Translations under genes and position numbers: made by a program
Source: Podarcis tiliguerta
Lineage: Eukaryota
Strand: one strand, 5' to 3'
Length of the DNA stretch: 64,000 nucleotides
Assembly: GCA_965153285.1 (NCBI GenBank)
Contig: OZ229115.1
The notes under the pieces: generated by a model
What the model saw: the letters and a program-made list of their open reading frames with translations, nothing else
Database searches by the model: none
What the model was told of the DNA's origin: nothing
Shown: piece by piece, positions 24,576 to 36,500 of the stretch
How the letters are laid out: each line of letters starts with the position of its first letter
Position numbering within the stretch: the first letter of the stretch is position 1

Positions 24576-27500
24576 GTATTTCACTCTTTTGTATTTTTTT
24601 AGTGAAATATTTCTTAATTAACTTTTAAATATTAGATTTAGACATGTAAAATTGCAATTCATTTATTTAAAGTTAAATTGCTCTAGAATATTGCAGACTT
24701 TTTACTAGTTATTTTTAGCGAAAGAATATATATCCCACTCTTCTTCCTGAAGCGTACAGTGTACATTTGAATTGCTGGTTGAAATGTCTTGTGTGAAGTA
24801 GCTCAGAGTTACTATTACATATTGATATCAGTTATTGTACTTGAGTAACCATGTACATTCTCTGTAGTAGTTCAACAAGTTTGTCTTCTTTTTTCTCCTT
24901 TTAACAAGAATCTGAAAAGTTAAAACTGAAGAAGGTGGAACCCTGGAACAGTGTACGTGTTACTTTCAATATTCCTCGTGAAGCAGCTGAGCGACTACGA
25001 TTGCTGGCTCAGAACAACAACCAACAACTTAGAGACTTGGGAATCCTCTCAGTTCAAATTGAAGGTAGCTGAAAATACTTTTGCAGTTGTTCCTGAACTG
25101 TATAGTATACTTAAGAAACAGTTGAAAAATAAATATTGAAAAATAAATATTTCCATTAGCTTTTTGAGTACTAAATAATAGTATTCCTCACTGGCATCCT
25201 GATATTCTGCCTCAGGGATAGACTACATGTTACACTTTTGTATGTGTACCCTTCATGTGTGTACCCTTCTCGCAGCTGTTTCCTTTAGCAGCACATGCCT
25301 CGTGAACTCTGGCCATCAAATAGCCAGCTTCCGTGCCCCTTCTCCATGTCATCTGTGGTTGCTAGAGAGAGTGGGTAAAACCTGCTATATAAGAACCAGA
25401 ATTCGTCTGATAAATGGTATTAAATGATGGCAGCCTATGACTTTTTACATACTGCTGCTCATTTTCACATGCGCTTGAAAATGCCAGTCTGCTGGCAGAT
25501 CCAAATTATTATTGCTTACATTTTGCATATTTTCCCATTGCTTCATTGATAAGAATGATAAGATGAAGCTGTACTTGAATAACAGCTGCTTTGCTTTGGT
25601 AATATAAGAATATTTCTGCTTTCTAGCTGTCTTATTCTTGGCTGCAAGGAAAGAAAATCCTTGCACAGAAGAAATACATGCGTGGATTGTTTTCTCCATT
25701 TAAAATGAATAGGAAAACTCAACATACATATCATAGCATCTACACCCACAAAAAATTGCTGGATTGGAGCAACTAGAATAAACAACCTTATTTGTTTGTT
25801 TTTAATTTATTAAATTTTTATCCAACACTTCTTCCCAAAGGAGCCGAGGGTGGCAGATGAACTCTCAATATTAAGCTTTCAAGTGACTTTTTAAATAAGC
25901 CAAGAAGTGTGCAAGCTCTATTCACTCTTATTTGTTTGTTTTAAATGCATGTTGTTGATCTGAATCCAATATGTCACTTTTCAACAGCCCTTTTTAAATG
26001 CTACTTTGTAGTTTTTTCCCTGCCATATTGAAGCAGTATTTATGCTCTGACTTGAATGTTAATGATTGCTTTCAGGTGAAGGTGCCATCAATTTGTCATT
26101 GGCTCAAAACCGAGGCCAAGATGTGAGGATTAATGGGCCTATTGGACAAAACAACTCAGTACGAATGGAGACAGGCTTTCCCATACCAGGAAACCAAGGC
26201 AAGTTCAGCTTTTTAAAAGTTAGTGATAAGTTACTTTGTGAAATATGCAACTGTTCTTTCATACAACTCCAAAGACTTTTCACTTCTTGATTTTTCATGT
26301 TTGTGGCATGTTTGGGGTTTTTTGGGGAACATTTATAGACTGCGCTATAGGGTGGCGCTGTGGGTAAAAGCCTCAGCGCCTAGGGCTTGCCAATCGAAAG
26401 GTTGGCGGTTCGAATCCCTGCGGCGGGGTGCGCTCCCGTTGTTCGGTCCCAGCGCCTGCCAACCTAGCAGTTCAAAAGCACTCTTGGGTGCAAGTAGATA
26501 AATAGGGACCGCTTACTAGCGGGAAGGTAAACGGCGTTTCCGTGTGCGGCTCTGGCTCGCCAGAGCAGCGATGTCATGCTGGCCACGTGACCCGGAAGTG
26601 TCTCCGGACAGCGCTGGACTGTTTTTAAATAGGGAAAGAGAATGTCCCATTGCTTGAGAAGACTGTTTGCACAATGTCAGATTTCACCCATTGGACTCAG
26701 TTAAAAAAGTAAATAAATTGGTTTTGTTTTGCTGCTGATAATAGTGATAATGAAAAACACAAAAAGAAAGCTAAATAATATGTAAAATTCTATGGAAAAA
26801 TTAAAAGTAGAATCAGGAAGACAAAGCAGATAATATAGACAAAGAAACACTTCTTGGGATAATTTTTTTATGATACTAACTTAACAAGCCATGAAGAGAA
26901 ATGGAAGAAGACAAAGGGTCAGTACCCGTGGATTTGTTGCTGTTTTTGGTTTGGTTCTTAAATTGCTTATTGGTGTTCTGGAACAAGGTTGGCCATGCTC
27001 CCTTTTTAGAGAACAATGAAGGCCATACATATCTTAACATATGCATTTGATACTCTTATTTGTAATGTGTTCCTATTTGTATGATCTAGCATTCATATTT
27101 TTTTTTTTATCATTACATTTGTATCGCGCCCTTCCAAGGAGTTCCAGTGTGGCATACATTGTTCCCGCACAACAACCCTTTGAGAAAGTGATTGGCCCAA
27201 AGTTACCTATCAAGCGAAATGGCAGCATAGGGATTTGAACACTGGTCTCCCAGCTTCTGTTCCAAGCCTCTGGCCCCTACAACACACTAGATATCTACAA
27301 TATGGTTTCCTTTAGCAATTCATTCTCCTTTATCGATCCACATTGGAGTGGCTTTTGCCACAGAGACAACAGTTTTGTTAGAATTTCTGCTTTCTTGTAT
27401 ATATTTCCAAAAATCAAATAAATAAATATACCACACAAAAACAACTTCAAAATTTCAGTGCAGGATTTGAAGCTTTTCTCATTCTGTGCAATGCTGTACT

Positions 27501-30500
27501 TTGCAATTTGACAATGTGCATCTTTGCACAATGAAAAATATGGTTATGTTTCTAGGGTTAATAAGAATAAACAATCCTGCAACAGTGATGATGCAGCAAA
27601 GTGGGAATGTATCATCATCTATGATGACGAGTGCAGCTAACACAGAGTTGCAACCTAGAACACCTTGTCCAACTTCTCAGTCAGGTAATCAGCTTAGATC
27701 TTACTTTGATAAATATATCTGGAGAAATGTGAATTTGTGTTTTATTTCCCCTGGCTTCTGCTTATTAATCTGGAAATGCATTCTAAAGTATTTACCCAAG
27801 CTCTTAACTAGTTCTTTGCATGGAATGAGCTGCACTTTTAAAATATTCAAATATTATTGCGGATTTCATGTTGTTGTTGCCTAGTCCCCAACTCTCGCAA
27901 AACAATTTTCACAAAAATATGTGAAGTCTGGTAAAAAATTATTGAGAAATATCCTGAGCTGTGTGTGCGCGCACGTGTGTGTGTGCGCTTGCTTGTGAGG
28001 GACAGAAAGAGAATGCTTGTTTCTCTGAATATTACTAGACTAACTACAGATGATATTTCTTTTTCTTCTCCATTTCTTTTTATAGATTCAGTGGATCCAC
28101 TTTTGTCAGGGCTAGCTATCCAACAGCAAAATCATCCATCTGGATCTGTAGTGCCTCAGCTCCATTCAGTACAGCCAGTTTCTGTTAATAGGCAAATAAA
28201 CCCAGCCAACTTTCAACAGATGCAACCACAGCAACAATTGCAGCCACGCCCTCCTCAACAGCACCAGCAACCACAACAGGGTATTCGTCCTTCGTTCACA
28301 ACCCCAACTCAGGTTCCAGTTTCTCCTGGTTGGAACCAGGTGCCTTCTGGAATAGTTCAGCCTCCTCCGTCGCAAGGCACAATGGGCACATTGACAGTTA
28401 ACCAGGGCTGGAAAAAGGGCCCTTTGCCTGGACAAATGCAGCAGCAACTCCAAGTCAGACCATCTTTGGCAACGGTACAAACACCCTCCCATCCTCCACC
28501 CCCGTACCCTTTTGGAAGCCAACAAGCTTCTCAGGCACACACAAACTTTCCTCAGATGAACAACTCTGGCCAATTTACTGCTCCTCAGATGAAGAATCTT
28601 CAGGGAGGGCCTTCACGGGTCCCTACACCACTACAACAACCCCACCTGACCAACAAATCTCCTGCCTCCTCTCCCTCCTCTTTTCAGCAAGGATCTCCTG
28701 CATCTTCCCCAACAGTTAACCAAGCACAGCAGCAGATGGGACCAAGGCCTCCCCAGAATAATACTCTCCCCCAGGGGTTCCAACAGCCTATTAATTCGCC
28801 TAGCCGTAATCCTATGGTACAGCAGGGAAATGTACCTCCAAACTTCATGGTAATGCAACAGCAAAACCAGGGTCCACAGGGCTTACATCCCGGGCTAGGA
28901 GGTAAGTAATCATTTTATTGCAAAACATTTGTTCCTAGACTTTATAGCAAATTAATAAGTTACCTATGAACACTGAATTAATATGCAACACCACATGAAT
29001 TTCCTGTTGATATATTAAAGAATTGAACTGCTGAATAATGTTTGTCATTGTTTTTCCTGGACAGGTTGCACATGTTTATATGTTTCGTATATTGCCTTGC
29101 TATTACTATAAAAGCATAAGAATTGGAAGAAATATCACCTTGCCCAAACCAGTGCTTTGAGACAAAATACTGTAAATCTCTATTGCTTTTCTAACAGGCC
29201 ATGCTTTGCTTGAAATCTTCCAAGGGAGGAGATACCGCAACATTATTAAGCCAATTGTACAGTTGCTGAAATAATTTTATAAATGGGAACTTTCCCTGTA
29301 ATGTAAATCTATTGCTCATGTATCCTCAGTTAATAATTAGTAATAAACAGTTACTCAGTAGAAGAGTTTGATTATCATTTCTGGGTTAATAAGCTGAGAT
29401 GTAGCGTTTTGGCTGTGTATGCAGCCGCTTTACTCCTCCCTTCATACTGAGAACAAACAAACCAGGAATTTTTTTTATTAACTAGTTTTCTGTTTCAAAT
29501 GAACAAGCCAGGATATTTAGCCCTGGGCTTAATTTTGACACTATATCCTAGCTTGTTCTAAAGTTGTTAACCATAATTTCCCAATTTGGACAAAATGGAA
29601 AAATAGTCTGTTGAAGTCTTCCTGGTTTATTTTCTTGCTCATGCCTTAGAGTGCACGTGTAGTTAAAAAGCTTGTTGTTAAGCAGTGATATGATTGTTCA
29701 AACATGGTTATTCTTTCTCTGATAGTGAAAAACATTATTAGCATTTCTAATCTTTTTTTTTCCTAGGTTGGGCAAACAAGCCTCTCATGACTTGACATAG
29801 TCATTGAGTCCATAGACAGTTTCTTTATACATCACAATTTTCACAGATTTGTGCTTAGAGTGGTTTGCCGAAAATCAGTCCGAATACGATAATTACAATA
29901 TATAACTAAAATTACAATATTCCTATTGCGTTTCAACAGTTAATTTATTAAAATTTATCAAATTAAATTAAATTAGCACAAAGTTTACTAACAGACTAAA
30001 TAATATTCCATAGAATCTCTAAAGCTAATACAGTCATACCTCATGTTGCGTCCACTTCAGGTTACGTCTTTTCAAGTTGCATCCCGTGGCAACCCGGAAG
30101 TACCGGAATGGTTACTTCCAAGTTTTGCCACTCACGCATGCGCAGAAGCGCTAAATCGCACGCTTCTGGATACAAACGCTTCGAGTTGCGGATGTGCCTC
30201 CGGGACGGATTATGTCCGCAAGTCGAGGTTCCACTGTAATAGTAGTAACTATTAACACCCTTATCCAAAAAAACCTTTGCATACATAGAGTCAAAAGACA
30301 AGACCACCCCACTCCATTTCTTCTGGCTGCTGCTCACTTATTAAGGCTACTGGGGATGGAGAGTGGAACATAGCCCCCCCCCCCCATTTTTCCTGTTTTA
30401 TTATCCTCTTAACTGTATCATGATAAGAATATATTAATCAATGTTAATATACAATGCAATTAACAAACAAAGTTATTTTTCTGTCCAGGAATGCCCAAGC

Positions 30501-33500
30501 GTCTCCCACCTGGCTTTCCTGCAGGACAGGCAAATCAGAACTTCATGCAAAGTCAGGTGCCTTCTACAGCACCAGGGACACCTGCAAATAGTGGAACACC
30601 CCAATTGCAAACAAGTCAGAGTGTGCAGCACACAGGTCTGGTAGCTGAATTTTAATAGATTATTGGTCTGCTTTTCTCATTTATGGAAGCTCACTCCAAA
30701 TGACAATACAGTGTTGTATCCAGCGGTGGTTTAGGAGTAGCTGAACTGCTTCCCCTAGTACAAGATGACACACTCAGTTTTTGCCAATCCCCCATACTAA
30801 TTATAGCACTTTATGCCATATCCAATCTTGAGTGGCCCCTAACCTTCAAGGGAATTTTTTTGAGCATGGTAGTGGGGAACATAGGAGGGATTGGTGAAAA
30901 TCTGGTGCCTTACCTTACCAAAGCCATCATTAGAGACAATCCACATTACTTGGCAAATGATGTTGTATTTTCAATAGTAGTAATTTTTGTATGTGTAGAA
31001 ACGTGACTGCTGTGTTAAATGACACAGAACTGTCAACATCAAAAGTTAAGTTTATCTGAAAGGATAGTTCAATGAATTTAGTGCCATTTTGAAAAATTGC
31101 CTTCTTCTGTTTGCCCGTTGTGAAGACAGTAAACAGCTGTCTTAGGTAAAGTAGGTGCAATAGAGGCCTTGGGTTTAGAGAGAGAAACACTGGGAAGACC
31201 AATTAGAGCCTTTCACCCTTTTGTAAAAAATATTTTGTTCATAGACAATGCCCTGGAAACATTATAAAACCCTATTTGCCTTTCAGTAAAAGCTTCTAAA
31301 TATGACTCTGCTGAATAATATATTATGCTGTTAACTTCTATTTGCTTTGCCCCCCTGTTCTAGTCCACCACTGATCTGTTACCTCTTTCTTTTGCATGTT
31401 CTGATCATGTATGATTGGCAGAAATGCTGTTAGAGAATAATTCTTAGGATTTCCAACATTCACAAATACTTTCAGACCATGTTTCAAATATTGGAATTTT
31501 GATAGTACAGTATTGTAAATGTTAAACACAGAGAAATTTTTCTGGACTAGTTTATTAATTTACATGCTCTTATACCAATTCAGTTTATAATTGTCTAACC
31601 TGAACTATTAAAATTTTTAAGGTGGTCAAGGAAATGGTCCTCCTCAGAATCAGATGCAAGTTCAACATGGCCCATCAAATATGATGCAGACCAACTTAAT
31701 GGGTCTTCATGGAAATATGAGCAACCAGCAGACAGGTACCAGTGGAGTTCCACAAGTTAATATGGGCAACATGCAGGGACAGCCTCCACAAGGACCACAA
31801 TCTCAGCTAATGGGGATGCACCAACAAATAGTGTCCTCCCAAGGACAGATGGTGAACATTCAGCCTCAGGGATCTCTAAATCCTCAAAACCAGATGATAC
31901 TTTCTCGAGCTCAGCTCATGCCACAGGGCCAGATGATGGTAGCATCTCAGAACCAAAATCTTGGTCCATCACAACAAAGGATGACACCACCCAAGCAGAT
32001 GATTCCCCAGCAAGGCCAACAGATGATGGCTGCACATAATCAGATGATGGGACCGCAAGGCCAGGTGTTGCTGCAGCAAAATTCAATGATGGAGCAGATG
32101 ATGACCAATCAGATGCAAGGAAATAAACAGCCGTTCGGTGCTCAAAGCCAGTCCAATGTTATGACGGGGCCAGCTCAAATAATGAGAGGACCAACCCCCA
32201 ATATGCAGGGAAACATGGTGCAATTCACAGGACAGATGATGGCCCAGCAAGGCCCTGTGAACAGCAATCCTTCTCAGGTTATGGGGATTCAAGGACAAGT
32301 TCTGAGACCCACAGGAACTAACCCTCACATGTCTCAGCAACTGGGTGATACCACCACTACTACAAACAGTGATGTGAACTTGACACAAATGCTACCTGAT
32401 GTTTCTATGCAACAAGGAAACATGGTGCCTCCTCACTTGCAAGGGATGCAGGGAAACAACAATACACCAGGGAGCCATTTTGCTGGGCATGGGATGCCCT
32501 TTAGTACTCCGTTTAGTGGAGCTCAAAATGGGAATCAGATTTCCTGTGGACAAAACCCAGGTTTTCCTGTCAACAAGGATGTCACAATAACAAGCCCTTT
32601 GTTGGTAAACTTGCTGCAAAGTGATATATCTGCAGGACATTTTGGTGTGAACAGCAAACCGAACAATCAAAATGCCAATAAACCCAAGAAGAAGAAACCT
32701 CCAAGGAAGAAGAAAAATAATCAGCAAGTAGAACAAATTAAGTAGGTTTAACATTTTTGTTTCCTACACAACTGAACCAAGTTTGTTTCTATTTCAGTTG
32801 AACATAAGGTTTGCATTTGCTAGCAGTTCTTTTAAGTAAATACTTTTAATTCACAAAGCAATGCCAGTTTTGCAATTTACACCTCCATCCCATGCAGAAA
32901 TAAAGAGAAGATAATTAAAGAAGTAACTTTACCAACAATTCATTCTGTGTTTGTGTTAGTTGTTAAGTTAGACAAGTGTTGTCACTCTTCAGGTGAAAAC
33001 TCTTTTTAAAAAAATAGGGCTGATGTAGAAGTAACTCAGAAAAGCAGCACCAGAAAGAAACCACAGTGACAGGTTTTTAGTTGAATTATAGGCACAATAA
33101 ATGATTGAAGAGCACTTTCAGACATGCTACTACATAGTGTGCTTGTCACTGCTGAGGCTTTCAGTGCAGTCTACAGAATGATGAGAAATCAGGGCTGGCT
33201 ATAGGAAGAGGAGTTTTTTGTATGGGGCTGTGCCTATGGACATTGCTGCCAAAATGCCCCAGACACAATTGGATCACAGCCAGCTAGTACTCTCTCTTAA
33301 CTTTGCTCCCACTCCTCTTTCCTTAAGTGCACATACCAGCTCTCCTTTCCCCGTCACTTACCATGGTGTTTCACACCATTTTTGCAGGCCAGAAAATATG
33401 CTTGTATTGATAAATAGTATACTATTTCCTTGTCTATTTGACCTGGAAAAAAATTGCCAGACCAGGCTACATGAAAGCCACACTGCTAATGGGAAGGAGG

Positions 33501-36500
33501 CCTTGAGCCTTGCCTTCCACTTGATGACACTTGCTGTATCATTGATGGGACAAATGACTGTTGTCCTGTTACTACATTAGGTAGAACTATATAAAAACAA
33601 AGTGTCTAGACTGTAACACAAATAATAAAACCTCATTTTCACAATTGGTTACATAACACTAACATGTTCATGAGTGGATTTGTTCAGTGGAGACAGTATT
33701 CCAGTATTAGAGTAATTCCTACAACAAAATGCTTATTCCATACAATGTGTTGAATTGTATGGTAGCTGTCCCAGAAATATTCTACTTACAGTAGGCCATA
33801 GGGCATTTAAGTGGGTCTCAGGATTGTGCTACCTGCCTCTGCACAAAGGAGTGAATTTGTGAGTCAGGATTTTCACAAATTTCCTAATTTCAACAGCATT
33901 TTTCCTCCTAAAAGGAGCAGGAGAAAGTGGGGATCAAGTTTATGTCTGTATCTGTGGATGCCCTGGTCACATGGTTTCCTGCGTGCAGTGTTTTTAGTAG
34001 GCCACAGTTCCATAGTTCACTTTTCTACCTTATTACATGTAATGAAAAATGTTGTGATAGAAAGTATCAGTCATTAAAAATTGAGAACATACATTTAGAT
34101 TTTCAGAATATAATAATAGATTGCAGTGTATGGCTTTTCATTATAACACATTAATAGGAAAAGACACGATTATAAGAAAAGATACTATTTTCTGAATTCT
34201 GTTGTTGTTATGACTTGGGGGGAAAAGCAAGGTTGCCTGTTTTTATAAATGGGTGATGGTCACATGGCTTTTTCATGGGTGGCAGAGAAATGCACAGCAT
34301 CAATCTTTAAATGTATCTTTTAAGGCCACAAGGCCACATGGACCTCTGAGATTTTGACCATAGTCAAACAGTCAAGCCTTTCCCAACTTTGTACTCTACA
34401 ACTGTTTTGGACTACAGCTGCCATTAGTCCAAGCCGGCATAGTCTGTAAGCCAAAACAGTCGAAAGGGACTTGGTTGGGGTAGGCTAGCTTACTCTGTTG
34501 CAATACAGGCAATGAATACAGCCGTTCATGTGATCATAACACTGTTGTCTGCTGTCTGACTTTTAAGTTGACTGTGGCTTTTACAAACTTCTGTCACCGT
34601 CAGACTCCTTCAAAAACACCCTAACACTCAGCAACTTCCAGTGTTTGAAGTGCTTTGTGTATTGCTAAACCTTGGCGCACTTGTAAGATACACTAGTATT
34701 ATTGTTCTTACTGTGCAAACTGTGGGGCAAACAGTGAGAAATTAGTTACTTGACCAAGACGGGTCCCCAGCTATGTGATGTCAGTACAACTTAAACTTCC
34801 AAATAGATTACAAATATTTTTCAAGTTAGCCTCTAGTGTAGGTTGTGTTTAGTTGGGGGTCAAGAAAGGGAATAAGCTGAAGAACATGGAGGGGAGAGCT
34901 GTCTTTGTTGTGCAAAGAGCTTGATTTTGTAAAGTTTCCTTATGCAACTAATGACGTTCCTGACATTTATTCTCTGTAGCTTTTGAAAAGAGAATCTAAA
35001 GTCAGTGATGTGTTAAACTTAGTGGCTTGTATTGTGTTGTATTGCATAGTATGGTTTAGATGGTAGTAGGCCTTTCTAAACCTTATAGCACTGGAAGGAA
35101 TCATTGCTTTCTCAAGAATGACATCACAAGAACAATATAAGTTGCACTTCTTACATAGCTGTGTTAAGATATCACTCAGAGACCTCTGTATGCATTTCCC
35201 ATATCCCCTATCAGTCCCTTCTGCTTAATCACAGAATGCAAACTTGCAGCTCATGTTCCTTGACTGAATAGGAGCACAGCAGAAGAATATACTTAAGGCA
35301 GGGGTGAGGAACCTTCAGTCCACAGGCCAATCTCAGTATTTTATGGGTATCACTGCACTCAAGAATAACCCCAGTCACAGATGAGCTGCAAAAGCAGGTT
35401 TTTTAGTCACTAAAGATATGAAAGGTATGCATAGGCCTCCTATTTCATGTAGCAGTCTAGCGTAGGTGAGTGCCAATGTGAAAGCACTGGATCAAGCTTA
35501 TAGTAAACAATACGAAAATTGTGTAGTTTTAATATGCTGTTGCTAATTGCTAATACGCTGTGCTAATGAAATTAGCGTAGCATATATGTAACAGTCGTGT
35601 AAGTTCTTTCTCTCTGGGTGGAAATACAAAAGTAGCTTTATCAAGCTTTTTCACTCCTTTAGGAAACTTGTTTGAAGCAGAACATAGCAAAACAGTTATC
35701 TGGAGGGAATTTATTAGCAGTTTATAGATTCTGAGACAAAAGGAAAATCTGGTACAAGTAATTGATATTATTAAAATAACTTGATAAAGAGCAATAATCT
35801 GTGGCAGGCATCAGAGATATGATGTTGTTGGAGGTAAAGAAGTACAGTTGATGGAGTAAGAAACTTCCAAAGTGATTTCTCCTTTCAGTTGAGACTTCTG
35901 TGCAGTTCATTTATTGATTAATATTCATTAAACCAAGAAACCCATCCCCTTATAACTGATTGTTAACATTTTGGGTCTCCTGATTCTGCTTTCTTATTTC
36001 ACTGGTACACTGGAATTTTTGATATATCATGAGAGCATTAGAACATATATTTGTGGGTGTTAACAGCTGTAGTGCTTTGTGCCTCTCTCTGCAAACTGGT
36101 AATGGCAACAGTAGATGACATTGCTTGCTAAAGCTTATTGGATAGGTTTGCTTTTGTGGATGCACAAATGTTTCCCTGAAATAAGCAAGTTTGACAACAT
36201 TTGAAAAATTATCTCAGAGGTTGTATGCTGCCCTTTCAACATAAGCATAATCAGAATGAGAAAACAGTCAGAGGTCTCTTTTCCGAGTTTTTAAGATAAG
36301 CATGTTGGTTTGTTTATTAAATATATATCCTGTTCTTCCCCTAAAAGGAGCCTTCATGTATTCTGGATTGGAGAGGGTAGCACAGTGACTATTAGTGGCA
36401 AAAAAATATAGCTGTTTGGTGAAAGAAATTTCTCCCACCACCACTGTACCTGCTTCAGATGAAATACTATAAAATAAATAAATATAACACTCACACTTGA

